Assembly: GCF_000091665.1 (NCBI RefSeq)
Contig: NC_000909.1
Span: 242,871-274,870 of the forward strand
Reading direction: 5' to 3'
DNA length: 32,000 nucleotides
Source: Methanocaldococcus jannaschii DSM 2661
GTDB lineage: Archaea > AGJL01 > Methanococci > Methanococcales > Methanocaldococcaceae
Position 1 is the first letter of the stretch, and every line of letters begins with the position of its first letter. This document shows positions 18,255-27,993 of this stretch, one piece after another. A model generated the notes under the pieces. It saw only the letters and a list, made by a program, of their open reading frames with translations, made no database searches and was not told the origin of the DNA. The position numbers were made by a program, and so were the translations under genes.

Positions 18255-18697
18255 CCCCTTTTTCTTTCTTTATTTTCAATTTTCTCCCTTAAAATTTTTA
18301 AAAGTTCAGCATCTTTTTTAACCACATATTCAATTTGGGGTCTATATTTAAAAAGCCCGGGGGTTTCCCAATTAAATGTCTCTTCCCTTTTACCTTTAAG
18401 ATTTATTTGTATTGAATTTAAAGATACAAAAAACTCTATTACCTCATCCCAACTATAAAACTCATTATCTACTTTTATCCCATTATCTAAAACAACTAAT
18501 TTCTTGGGTTTTAAAAAGATATAGGCAAAAAGTGCAATAATTAATATATCAACAGCTAATATAATAGAAAAAGAAAGCTTAAGACTATGAAGAATAATTG
18601 AAATATATAAAATAACAATAATGCTCATAGAAAATATTACTGCCCCAACAATCTTATAAGCATTATAAACTCTATAAACCCTCATGATACCACACAA
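18251..18697 (-). CDS. Two-TM membrane protein with C-terminal PH-like domain
   Basis: Two hydrophobic helices then [44 protein letters not shown]. 4-bp overlap with the downstream lipoprotein gene. Confidence 0.6.
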
Positions 18698-18757
18698 AAA
18701 GAAAAAAATATTAGTATATCTATGAGTTATTCCATATTAAAATATTTCTATCGAGTG

Positions 18758-19858
18758 TTATCCTAAAACAGCCCTCTCCAACTCTTCTGGTCTATGTAAC
18801 TCTCCTCCAATTTTATCCACTAAAATAACCTCTTCTGCTTTTTTGCAAACTCTCTCAACCTCATAATATATCTGTCCTAAATTCATCTCTGGAACTACAA
18901 CTTTCTTAGCCTTCAACTTTTTTAATAAATCATCTGGGAATGGATAAACAGTTATCAACCTTATATATCCAACATCCAAACCTTTTTCTCTCAAATTTCT
19001 AACAGCATGTTTTACAGTTCTTGAAGGAGAACCATAACAAACAAATACTATTTCTGCATCTAAGTTCTCTCCTTCCCATTTAATTATCTCATCTTTATTT
19101 TTTCTTATTTTATTCACTATTCTCCTAACTAACTTATCATGAGTTTCTGGTGAAACATCTGGGTAGCCTCTCTCATCATGAGTTAAACCAGTTATATGCA
19201 CATTATAGCCCTCTCCAAATACTGGCATCTCTGGGATTAATTTATCAAAAGGATATGGCTTTTTACATGGCTTTTCTTCTGGCTTTTTTCTATTAATTAT
19301 CTCAATATTATCATGCAAAATTACTTTTTCTCTCATATGCCCAACTATCTCATCAGCCATTACAAAAACAGGAATTCTGTATTTTTCAGCATAGTTAAAA
19401 GCCATTATTGTGAAATCATACATCTCTTGGACAGAGCTTGGAGCTAAGGCAATAACTTCATAATCTCCATGGCTTCCCCATCTACACTGCATCATATCTC
19501 CCTGGGAAGCCATGGTTGGCTGTCCTGTGGAAGGGCCGCCTCTTTGAATATCCACAACTACACAGGGAGTTTCTGTCATGTATGCAAATCCTATATTCTC
19601 CTGCATTAAACTAAATCCAGGGCCTGAAGTAGCTGTCATTGCCTTTAATCCTCCCCAACTTGCTCCAATAACTGCTGCTATACTTCCAATCTCATCTTCC
19701 ATTTGTATATAATATCCTCCAACCTTTGGTAATTCTCTCGCCATTGCCTCGGCTATCTCTGTGGATGGAGTTATTGGATAGCCAGCGAAAAACCTACATC
19801 CAGCTTTTATAGCTCCCTTTGCACATGCCTGATTTCCCTGCATAAACTCAACTTTCAT
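18758..19858 (-). CDS. korA: 2-oxoacid:ferredoxin oxidoreductase subunit alpha (2-oxoglutarate type, KorA)
   Basis: MQGNQACAKGAIKAGCRFFAGYPITPSTEIAEAMARELPKVGGYYIQMEDEIGSIAAVIGASWGGLKAMTATSGPGFSLMQENIG. Confidence 0.88.
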   Translation of the reverse strand: MKVEFMQGNQACAKGAIKAGCRFFAGYPITPSTEIAEAMARELPKVGGYYIQMEDEIGSIAAVIGASWGGLKAMTATSGPGFSLMQENIGFAYMTETPCVVVDIQRGGPSTGQPTMASQGDMMQCRWGSHGDYEVIALAPSSVQEMYDFTIMAFNYAEKYRIPVFVMADEIVGHMREKVILHDNIEIINRKKPEEKPCKKPYPFDKLIPEMPVFGEGYNVHITGLTHDERGYPDVSPETHDKLVRRIVNKIRKNKDEIIKWEGENLDAEIVFVCYGSPSRTVKHAVRNLREKGLDVGYIRLITVYPFPDDLLKKLKAKKVVVPEMNLGQIYYEVERVCKKAEEVILVDKIGGELHRPEELERAVLG

Positions 19859-19977
19859 TAAACCCCCTCCTTCTAAGCTACTTTTATATAATATAACCTT
19901 GTGTTAATATTTAACGACTATAATATAATAGAGAAGAAAATAACAATTTAAAAAAATAGAAGCATGGGCTAATTTAT

Positions 19978-21753
19978 CTAAAACTCTTTAACTGCTGCCA
20001 TATCTCTTATTTTCTTAATTTCATCGAACTGTGGTTTTTTTATTTTTGGTTCTACCCTAATTGGCTGGACAATATTGGTTAATCTCCCACCTGGAGGAAC
20101 CATTGGCAGAGCTTCAGCAGGGTCTATAACAATATCTAAGAGGTATGGCTCATTACTTAATATTGCTTCTTTCAACTTCTCTTTAATTTCATCTGGGCTT
20201 ATTATTCTATCAGCTTTAACTCCATAACTTTCAGCTAATTTAACAAAGTCAGGACTCTCTCCCAAATGAACTTCACTCTGCCTCTGCCCATAGTATAGGT
20301 TTTGCCATTGATAGACCATTCCCAAAGTTCTGTTGTCAAAAATACAGATAACAACAGGAATATCATATTCGCTAATTGTTGCCAACTCCTGAGAGTTCAT
20401 CAAAAATCCTCCATCTCCAGTAATAGAGATAACATTAGCATAAGGTTTAGCTACCTTTGCCCCAATTGCAGCAGGGAAACCAAAACCCATAGTTCCTAAA
20501 CCACCAGAAGCTAAAAAGCTTCTTGGCATCTTTGTTTTAAAGAAGTGTGCCATCCACATCTGATTTTGTCCAACATCTGTTGTTATAATTGTGTTTTTTA
20601 ATTTTGAGTCAATCTCATTCAAAACTTCCATTAAATCCTTAACAAACCTTTGTGGCTTTATTGGCTTATCATCAAAGTCCATCATTGGGATAGATAATTT
20701 TTTTAATTCATAAATTCTTTCAAGCCATGTTTCTTTGTCTTTAATTTCTAATGCTATTAATGCAGCTAACAAATCTCTCAAAACATTTTTTGCATCTCCA
20801 ACTATTGGAATATCAGCTCTAACATTTTTTCCTATCTCAGCTGGGTCTATATCTATATGAATAATCTTTGCCTCTGGAGCAAAGTATCTGATATCCCCAG
20901 TAACCCTATCTGAAAATCTACATCCAATAGCTATGAGAACATCACACTCCGTAACTGCGTAATTTGCAGCTTTAGTTCCATGCATTCCAACCATTCCTAA
21001 AGCTAAAGGATGGTCTTCTGGGAAACAACCCTTACCCATTAAGGTTGTGCATACTGGAATTTTAACAAACTCAGCTAATCTCAATAACTCTTCTGAAGCT
21101 CCACTAATTATAACTCCTCCACCAGCTAAGATTACAGGTCTCTCAGATTCAGCTATCAATTTAGCAGCTTTCTTTATCTGTAGAGGATGCCCTACAGTTT
21201 TTGGTTTATAACCTGGCAAATCAACCTTTGCAGGAATTGGGTATTTTTCAATATCTATTTCTCCATCTTGCACATCCTTTGGGAGGTCTATATGAACCGG
21301 TCCTGGTCTTCCAGTTGTGGCAATTTCAAAAGCGGCTCTAAACGTCTCTGGAATCTCTTCTGGTTTTTTTATTTGGAAATTGTGTTTTGTTATTGGCATG
21401 AATAATCCAAGAGCGTCAATCTCCTGAAATGCATCGTTTCCAATAAGTTTTGTTGGGACTTGCCCTGTTAAAGCAATAACTGGAGAAGAATCTGCATAAG
21501 CGGTTGCTATCCCAGTAACTAAGTTTGTAGCTCCAGGGCCAGAGGTAGAGACGCAAACCCCAGCCTCTCCACTTGCTCTCGCAAATCCATCTGCTGCATG
21601 TGCTGCTGCCTGTTCATGCCTTGTTAATATATGAACTAAATCGCTATCATACAACGCATCATAAAAAGGAAGCATAGCTCCTCCTGGATAACCAAATATA
21701 ATCTTAACTCCCTCCGCTTCCAATGCTTTTATGATTGCTTCAGCACCTTTCAT
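19978..21753 (-). CDS. ilvB: Acetolactate synthase large subunit
   Basis: MKGAEAIIKALEAEGVKIIFGYPGGAMLPFYDALYDS...GDGGFLMNSQELATISEYDIPVVICIFDN; 591 aa TPP enzyme. Confidence 0.96.
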   Translation of the reverse strand: MKGAEAIIKALEAEGVKIIFGYPGGAMLPFYDALYDSDLVHILTRHEQAAAHAADGFARASGEAGVCVSTSGPGATNLVTGIATAYADSSPVIALTGQVPTKLIGNDAFQEIDALGLFMPITKHNFQIKKPEEIPETFRAAFEIATTGRPGPVHIDLPKDVQDGEIDIEKYPIPAKVDLPGYKPKTVGHPLQIKKAAKLIAESERPVILAGGGVIISGASEELLRLAEFVKIPVCTTLMGKGCFPEDHPLALGMVGMHGTKAANYAVTECDVLIAIGCRFSDRVTGDIRYFAPEAKIIHIDIDPAEIGKNVRADIPIVGDAKNVLRDLLAALIALEIKDKETWLERIYELKKLSIPMMDFDDKPIKPQRFVKDLMEVLNEIDSKLKNTIITTDVGQNQMWMAHFFKTKMPRSFLASGGLGTMGFGFPAAIGAKVAKPYANVISITGDGGFLMNSQELATISEYDIPVVICIFDNRTLGMVYQWQNLYYGQRQSEVHLGESPDFVKLAESYGVKADRIISPDEIKEKLKEAILSNEPYLLDIVIDPAEALPMVPPGGRLTNIVQPIRVEPKIKKPQFDEIKKIRDMAAVKEF

Positions 21754-21936
21754 CCAATCACCAAAAAATGTTAAGGGTAAAGTAATGATAAAATTGAAAT
21801 CATATATAAAAATTTTTATACTAAGGATTTAGCATTTGAAGAACTTTAAAAAGTTTGATATAAAAAAGTGTTGGTATTTAATATTTAATTACTAATCTTA
21901 AAGACTAAAAATAAAAAATAGAATTAAAGAAAGAAA

Positions 21937-22410
21937 TTATTCTGACTCAGCTGGCTGGACATCTCTTACTTTTATTGTGAATTTTAATTCTTTTCCAGCA
22001 AGCTCGTGGTTAAAGTCTAAAGTTACAGTATCATCAGTAACTTTTATTATCTTTGCAGGAATTCCACTGGCTAAGATTAACATTCCCTCCTGTGGTTCAA
22101 AGTCAGCATCAGCAAACATTTCCTTAGGTATTTCTTGGATTAATCTCTCATCTCTAAGTCCATAACCTTTTTCAGGAGGAATTGTTACAGTTTTTTCTTC
22201 TCCAACTTCCATGCCTATAACAGCCTCTTCAAAACCTTCGATTAATTCTCCATTACCTACAATAAATCCAATTGGCTCATATTCTCTTTCAGGATAGTAT
22301 ATTTTATTTTCTTTAGCTACTTCTTCAATTGATGTGTCAATAACTTTTCCATCTACTTCTAATATATAATCTACTTTGACATAGTCACCTTTTTTAATCA
22401 AGTTAATCAA
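21937..22410 (-). CDS. FKBP-type peptidyl-prolyl cis-trans isomerase (SlyD-like)
   Basis: [21 protein letters not shown]...[39 protein letters not shown]-domain and [15 protein letters not shown]. Confidence 0.93.
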   Translation of the reverse strand: MINLIKKGDYVKVDYILEVDGKVIDTSIEEVAKENKIYYPEREYEPIGFIVGNGELIEGFEEAVIGMEVGEEKTVTIPPEKGYGLRDERLIQEIPKEMFADADFEPQEGMLILASGIPAKIIKVTDDTVTLDFNHELAGKELKFTIKVRDVQPAESE

Positions 22411-22504
22411 CTCCTAACCTTTCCAAATACTTTTTGTGAAGGGTATATAAATAGTTTTTTGTTATTATTTTTTATGGACAAAAGCGTCATATTTGGGGGT
22501 TTTT

Positions 22505-23344
22505 ATGGAGAAGTTAAAAACGTATTTGGAGCTTATTAGAGTCAAAAACTGCATAACTGCATCTATTGGTGGGATTATAGGTTATTTAATATCATCAAAC
22601 TTTGAGATTGATATTTTAAAATCTCTTTTAGTATTTTTTGTTGTATTTTTTGTTTGTGCTTATGGAAATGTAATAAATGATATTTTTGATATTGAGATAG
22701 ATAGAATAAACAAGCCATCCCGTCCTTTACCATCAGGAAAAATTAAATTAAATGAGGCAAAAAAATTTTCAGCCATTCTATTAATTTTGGGATTAGTTCT
22801 CTCATTATTCATAAATATATATGCATTGATTATTGCTGTAATTAATGCACTTTTCCTCTATCTATATGCAAAAAAATACAAAAAATATAAACCAATTGGG
22901 AATTTTATTATTGGTTATTTAACTGGTTCTGTATTTCTATTTGGTGGAGTTGCTGGAAAAAACGTTATGCCAGTAGTTATTTTGTTTTTATGCTCTTTGC
23001 TTTCAATTTGGGGTAGGGAGATTGTTAAGGACTTTGAGGACATGGAAGGGGATAAAAAAGAAGGCGTTATTTCACTACCAATAAAGTATGGTAAAAAATC
23101 TTTATATTTTGCTACATTTTTGGTTGTTTTAGCGGTTATATTAAGCCCTCTTCCATACATTTTAAAAATATTTGGGATATGGTATCTAATTTTGATAGCA
23201 ATATGTGATATTTTGTTTATCTATGCTATGGCTTTATTGTTAAAAGAGCCAAATAAAGAAACTGCTTCAAAGGTTTCAAAATTCTTAAAAATCATAATGA
23301 ACATTGTTCTTTTGGCATTTATTGTTGGAGCCATAAAACTATAG
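22505..23344 (+). CDS. ubiA: Digeranylgeranylglyceryl phosphate synthase (UbiA prenyltransferase family)
   Basis: NVINDIFDIEIDRINKPSRPLPSG and KDFEDMEGDKKEG prenyltransferase Asp motifs; multi-TM. Start MEKLKTYLELIRVKN more likely than 22493. Confidence 0.9.
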   Translation: MEKLKTYLELIRVKNCITASIGGIIGYLISSNFEIDILKSLLVFFVVFFVCAYGNVINDIFDIEIDRINKPSRPLPSGKIKLNEAKKFSAILLILGLVLSLFINIYALIIAVINALFLYLYAKKYKKYKPIGNFIIGYLTGSVFLFGGVAGKNVMPVVILFLCSLLSIWGREIVKDFEDMEGDKKEGVISLPIKYGKKSLYFATFLVVLAVILSPLPYILKIFGIWYLILIAICDILFIYAMALLLKEPNKETASKVSKFLKIIMNIVLLAFIVGAIKL

Positions 23345-23446
23345 TCACTCATCAAAAGCAAAATATTTTTAACCAATACATAAATATAAAACCCCAAGGG
23401 TTTTATAAATACCCAATGACTTCCAAAATTTTTGATGATTGACTAT
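23341..23446. repeat. 106-bp element with 17-bp near-perfect terminal inverted repeats and central 10-bp perfect hairpin
   Basis: Left arm ATAGTCACTCATCAAAA (23341-57), right arm TTTTGATGATTGACTAT (23430-46), one mismatch. Centre TATAAAACCC-caa-GGGTTTTATA (23385-23407). Confidence 0.8.
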
Positions 23447-23501
23447 AAAAATATCAAGAGATAATAAAAATAGAAATCAAATATAAAACTTTGGTGAAAG
23501 G

Positions 23502-23888
23502 ATGTTTCCAGGAAAAGTAAATCCAAGGATGTTAAAGAAAATGCAGAAGATGATGAAAGATTTTGGTATGGAAACTGAAGATTTAGATGTCAGAAAGGTA
23601 ATATTTGTATTTGATGATGAGGAATGGGTATTTGAAGAACCAAAAGTTCAAGTTATGGACATATTAGGAGTTAAAACCTACTCAATAACAGGAAAACCAA
23701 AGAAGATTAAAAAAGAAAAAGTAGAAGAGGAAGAAGAAGTTAAGGTTGAGATAACAGAAGAGGATGTTGAGTTGGTAGCTAAGCAGTGCAACGTTTCAAA
23801 GGAAGAAGCAAGAAAGGCATTAGAGGAGTGTAATGGAGACATTGCTGAAGCAATATTAAAATTAGAAGAAGAAAAAGAAGAAAATTAA
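23502..23888 (+). CDS. nac: Nascent polypeptide-associated complex protein (NAC alpha, archaeal)
   Basis: MFPGKVNPRMLKKMQKMMKDFGMETEDLDVRKVIF and C-terminal UBA domain VELVAKQCNVSKEEARKALEECNGDIAEAILKL. Confidence 0.95.
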   Translation: MFPGKVNPRMLKKMQKMMKDFGMETEDLDVRKVIFVFDDEEWVFEEPKVQVMDILGVKTYSITGKPKKIKKEKVEEEEEVKVEITEEDVELVAKQCNVSKEEARKALEECNGDIAEAILKLEEEKEEN

Positions 23889-24424
23889 ATTGAAATATAA
23901 ATTCCTCTATCCTGTAGCTTTTTTAAGCATTTTTTGCAATATCTCCAATCCTTTAAATCCACATCGATAATAGAATTTGAAAAACTCATAACACATCTCT
24001 TATTTTCGCAATGTATTAATCCCAAAACATGGCCTATTTCATGTATCGCCTCTTTTAAAGCCCTAATTTTTAAGACATCTTTATTTGGTGGCAACCCATA
24101 AAATTCAGGTCTTAATCTTGCCAGTGATATCAAAGCTCTTTTTCCAAATAACTCTGCCTCTCCAAACACAAAATTTAAATTGTCTGCGTATATATCTACC
24201 TCGGTAACACCTAAAACGATATCTTCAACTGTTGGTAGAGATTTTAAAATTAAGGTTGAATTAAATTGCCCTCTACTAAAATTATAAGCATAAATTGGAA
24301 TATCAATTTTAGGAAGTATTTCACACATTCCAAAAACTTCCCCAAATTTTTTCTTTAAAAATTTTAAAATCTCATCATTAACATCTCCAACTGGTTGGAT
24401 ACAAATTCTCATAATCATCACCAA
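23885..24424 (-). CDS. amzA: Archaemetzincin metalloprotease
   Basis: HEIGHVLGLIHCENKRCVMSFSNSIIDVDLKDWRYCKKC matches HExxHxxGxxHCxxxxCxMxF...CxxC. Confidence 0.95.
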   Translation of the reverse strand: MVMIMRICIQPVGDVNDEILKFLKKKFGEVFGMCEILPKIDIPIYAYNFSRGQFNSTLILKSLPTVEDIVLGVTEVDIYADNLNFVFGEAELFGKRALISLARLRPEFYGLPPNKDVLKIRALKEAIHEIGHVLGLIHCENKRCVMSFSNSIIDVDLKDWRYCKKCLKKLQDRGIYISI

Positions 24425-24467
24425 TAAAAAATAGTTAATTATGTATAGGACAACATTATAAATTTAA

Positions 24468-24917
24468 ATGAAAATGTTTCATAAAATTTATTTTGGTGAT
24501 AGTGTGGTAAAGCTAACAGAGGAGATGGTTAAATCCTTAGAAAATGAGATTGTATTTATAGCAACAGCTTCAAAGGATGGAGTTCCAAATGTAGCGGCAA
24601 TGAGGGCAATTAAAGTCTTAGATGCTGAGAAAGGGATTGTTTTAATAGCAGATAACTTCATGAACAAAACCCTAAAAAATATCTTAGAAAATCCAAAAGT
24701 TGCTTTAACTACCGCAAATTGTAAAGACATGCCTTACCAATATAAAGGAACTGCTGAATACTACAAAGAAGGTGAATATTTAAAAATAGCTGAAGAGGTT
24801 GATAAAGCATTAAAACCAGATTTGAAACCAAAAGGAGCTGTTGTCATAAAAATAACTGAAATCTATAACTTAAAATCTGGGCCAGATGCTGGTAAGTTAA
24901 TAGCTAAAGATGAATAA
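24468..24917 (+). CDS. Pyridoxamine 5'-phosphate oxidase-like FMN-binding protein
   Basis: VFIATASKDGVPNVAAMRAIKVLDAEKGIVLIADNFMNKTLKNILENPKVALT. Confidence 0.85.
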   Translation: MKMFHKIYFGDSVVKLTEEMVKSLENEIVFIATASKDGVPNVAAMRAIKVLDAEKGIVLIADNFMNKTLKNILENPKVALTTANCKDMPYQYKGTAEYYKEGEYLKIAEEVDKALKPDLKPKGAVVIKITEIYNLKSGPDAGKLIAKDE

Positions 24918-25055
24918 ATAACTCCTTAACTATTTTTCATCCTTTATATGGGGTGTAATTTTATATCACATGGAAATAGATAACTTTATATGCCCTCTTT
25001 TATTATTATTCATTGATTATTATTTTTACTCAAATGAGGGAAAATAGGTGAGACC

Positions 25056-25928
25056 ATGGCTGAGTGTGATGGAAAATGTGACACTTGTCCATCAAAAAAT
25101 ACCTGCCCAGATACAAAGAAACTCTTAGCCCAGCAAGATGCAAAAATTAGAGAAAATATGTCAAAAATAAAACATAAAATAGTTATTTTGAGTGGTAAAG
25201 GAGGGGTTGGGAAATCAACAGTAACAGTTAATTTAGCTGCTGCTCTAAATTTAATGGGCAAAAAGGTTGGAGTTTTAGATGCGGATATTCACGGCCCTAA
25301 CATTCCAAAGATGCTTGGGGTTGAGAACACCCAACCTATGGCAGGACCAGCTGGAATATTTCCAATAGTTACAAAAGATGGAATAAAAACCATGTCTATT
25401 GGATATCTATTACCAGATGACAAAACTCCTGTTATTTGGAGGGGGCCAAAGGTTAGCGGAGCTATTAGGCAATTTCTATCAGATGTAGTTTGGGGAGAAC
25501 TTGATTATTTATTAATAGATACTCCTCCAGGGACAGGAGATGAGCAATTAACTATCATGCAATCAATTCCAGATATTGATGGAGCTATAATTGTAACAAC
25601 ACCAGAAGAAGTTTCTGTCTTGGATGTTAAAAAATCCATTATGATGGCTAAAATGCTAAACATCCCAATTATTGGAATTATTGAAAATATGAGCGGGTTT
25701 GTTTGCCCATACTGCAATAAAGTTGTGGATATATTTGGTAGAGGAGGGGGAGAAAAAGCTGCTAAAGAGCTTGGAGTTGAATTTTTAGGTAGAATTCCTT
25801 TAGATATTAAAGCAAGAGAAGCAAGTGATAAAGGAATTCCAATGGTTTTACTTGATTGTAAAGCAAGTGAAGAGTTTAAAAAGATTGTTAAAAGAATTGT
25901 TGAAAAGGTCGAAGGTAAAAAAGAATAA
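25056..25928 (+). CDS. Nbp35/ApbC/Mrp-family iron-sulfur cluster carrier ATPase
   Basis: ILSGKGGVGKSTVTVNLAAALN deviant Walker A, N-terminal CDGKCDTCPSKNTCPD, C-terminal CPYC. Confidence 0.93.
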   Translation: MAECDGKCDTCPSKNTCPDTKKLLAQQDAKIRENMSKIKHKIVILSGKGGVGKSTVTVNLAAALNLMGKKVGVLDADIHGPNIPKMLGVENTQPMAGPAGIFPIVTKDGIKTMSIGYLLPDDKTPVIWRGPKVSGAIRQFLSDVVWGELDYLLIDTPPGTGDEQLTIMQSIPDIDGAIIVTTPEEVSVLDVKKSIMMAKMLNIPIIGIIENMSGFVCPYCNKVVDIFGRGGGEKAAKELGVEFLGRIPLDIKAREASDKGIPMVLLDCKASEEFKKIVKRIVEKVEGKKE

Positions 25929-25993
25929 AATTTCTCATTCAATATATTTTAAACATTCTGGGAAGTATTTTTTAATATAGTCTCTATCCGTTT

Positions 25994-26060
25994 CCCGTTT
26001 CCATAGCTTACCATAGCATTTAATAACTTACTATACGAATCGGTAAGCTATGGAAATGGG
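25994..26060. repeat. 19-bp inverted repeat with one mismatch, 29-nt loop
   Basis: CCCGTTTCCATAGCTTACC (25994-26012) and GGTAAGCTATGGAAATGGG (26042-26060). A third partial copy CCCATAGCTT is at 26071-26080. Confidence 0.88.
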
Positions 26061-26297
26061 TTGTCCTCAGCCCATAGCTTCATCGGGAACACCATTCCCT
26101 TCACTATAAGTTCATCAGACTTAGGACTGAACAGATACAGCCCCAAAATCCAAACTTCGTTAATATTTAGTATCAACATTTCGTCTCGAAGGCAAAGCCT
26201 CCTCATTAACATTATGATATAACAATACATATTACTATTTTAATAAAAAAACAATATTTATATTGTGATATTGTTTATTATGATATGCTACTGTAAG

Positions 26298-26957
26298 TTA
26301 TAGAAAATTAAAAACTGTTTCGAACCCTAATTTCTCTATTCTAAAAATCACTACAGGAATCTCCACAACCTTTTTTTTATGAAACTCGTATATTGCAGGA
26401 ATTCTAAAAAATGCCTCATAGATGTGAGTTATTTTTCCCCCTTTATCTTCAACATACTTAATAACAAAATCCTTTGTTGGATAATTGTGAATAGTATAAA
26501 TAATATCCCCAATCTCTAACGCCTTATCTAAAAATACTCTATCAGCATGTTTTTTCTGGGCTCCAAATGGAGGATTTTGAATAACTACTCTCTTTAAATC
26601 CCTATCTTCACCAAGCACATTATTTAAAAATTCATCATCAACATCTCTAATGTCCATGCAATAAAAATCTACATCAACATTTAGCTTTTTAGCGTTCTCT
26701 TTAGCTGCTTCAATACTCTCCCTATCGATATCTATACCAATAGCCCTCTTAGCTCCTAAAATTTTGCTACCTATAGCTAATCTTCCAGTTCCACAACCTA
26801 AATCGATAACAACATTGTTATAAAAATCATTCACAGCAAAAAATAAAATATCAGCTGCTAATTTTCCGTCTATTGTATATTGCTCTAAATCAGCTTTTGG
26901 ATTTGGATGTCTTTTTAAAGAATCTAACATCATTTCTAAATGCTTTTTCTTTATCAT
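26298..26957 (-). CDS. METTL5-like class I SAM methyltransferase
   Basis: VVIDLGCGTGRLAIGSKILGAKRAIGIDID and catalytic NPPFG in VVIQNPPFGAQKKHADRVFLDKALE. Confidence 0.9.
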   Translation of the reverse strand: MIKKKHLEMMLDSLKRHPNPKADLEQYTIDGKLAADILFFAVNDFYNNVVIDLGCGTGRLAIGSKILGAKRAIGIDIDRESIEAAKENAKKLNVDVDFYCMDIRDVDDEFLNNVLGEDRDLKRVVIQNPPFGAQKKHADRVFLDKALEIGDIIYTIHNYPTKDFVIKYVEDKGGKITHIYEAFFRIPAIYEFHKKKVVEIPVVIFRIEKLGFETVFNFL

Positions 26958-27025
26958 CTCTTCACCATCTAAATATGTAATTATATAGATGTTATTTAGT
27001 ATAAAAATAAAGAAAATTAGCCAAT

Positions 27026-27469
27026 TTATTCAATGTTGATTCCTTTCTTAATTGAGGATTCTGCCTTTGGTAATATAACTGATAAAACACCATTTTCAAA
27101 CTTAGCTGAGGCATTTTCTTCCTTAACAGTTGCAGGAAGTTTTATTGTTCTATATATTTCTTCCTCTTCTGGAATTTCTGAGTAGATAATTCTTTCACTC
27201 TCAGTTATCATTAATGGGCTTCTCTTAGCTCTAATCTCTAATGTATCTCCAACTGCATTTAAAATTATGTCCTCTTTATTAACCCCTGGCAACCATGCAA
27301 TAACTTTTATATGCTGGTCTCCTTCAATAATTGAGATTGGCATGAACCCTTTTCCAGAAATTTGTATTCCTGTTGAGCTTTGAATCATTGTGGTTCCTGT
27401 CATTGGTGTTGCAAAAAACTCTTTAAACATTCTTTCAAATAATGAATCAAATGGGTCTCTTCCGAACAT
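27026..27469 (-). CDS. hsp16.5: Small heat shock protein Hsp16.5
   Basis: 147 aa, [25 protein letters not shown], alpha-crystallin domain, C-terminal IKKGINIE. Confidence 0.97.
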
Positions 27470-27509
27470 TTGCCCCCACCTCTCTTTTTTGGTTTTCTAT
27501 ATATGTAAT

Positions 27510-27540
27510 GTTTTTGAAGTTCTATATAAACTTTTCTATA
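27510..27540 (-). promoter_or_regulatory. Putative BRE/TATA of hsp16.5
   Basis: Minus-strand AGAAAAGTTTATATAGAAC ahead of the sHSP start. Confidence 0.5.
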
Positions 27541-27622
27541 ATCTATTAATTTAAATTATGGAATACAACTGTAAATAAAAAAAACATCAAACAATATAAA
27601 AATAGGTAAATTAAAAAAGCCG

Positions 27623-27976
27623 TTATTTTTTTACAAAATTAATTTCACTAACATCCATTGAAATCCATTTAATTTCTTCTTTCACGAATTCTTTTAACAA
27701 CATTAATATTTCAATTCTATTCTCAACAGGGATATCTGTTTGATATAGGAATGAAAACAACCTGTTAATACCCTCTTTTTCTTCCTTTATTAGGGCCAAT
27801 AAATCTGACATCTGTATTTCATTTTTTTGATTTTGAGAGAGCAAGTATTTCCATCTCCAAAGTCGTAGTTTTATTAGAAAATTGAACAAATCTTCCATCA
27901 TCTCTCTTGCAAACTCATCCCCACTCAAGCATTCTTTAACGATATCAGAAAGCAAAACCGTTCCAAATTTTTTCAT
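27623..27976 (-). CDS. All-helical hypothetical protein, last gene of surface-protein/wHTH cluster
   Basis: 117 aa, amphipathic helical pattern (DIVKECLSGDEFAREMMEDLFNFLIKLRLW...), 17 nt downstream of the wHTH gene. Confidence 0.6.
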   Translation of the reverse strand: MKKFGTVLLSDIVKECLSGDEFAREMMEDLFNFLIKLRLWRWKYLLSQNQKNEIQMSDLLALIKEEKEGINRLFSFLYQTDIPVENRIEILMLLKEFVKEEIKWISMDVSEINFVKK

Positions 27977-27993
27977 AAAAATCCCCTCACAAT

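Noticed and set aside
26060-26135. Second C/D box-like pattern on minus strand (CTGATGA ... CGATGA ... CTGA with GTCCT/AGGAC flanks)
   Set aside because: Box C is non-consensus (CUGAUGA), no D' box is present at the correct spacing, the stem is separated from box C by extra nucleotides and C'-D spacing is only 9-10 nt. Much weaker than the 17519-17585 sRNA.
26048-26230. Minus-strand 60-aa ORF (MYCYIIMLMRRLCLRDEM...)
   Set aside because: Spans an inverted-repeat/hairpin region, shows no protein family features, and is better explained by structured DNA/RNA or an element remnant.
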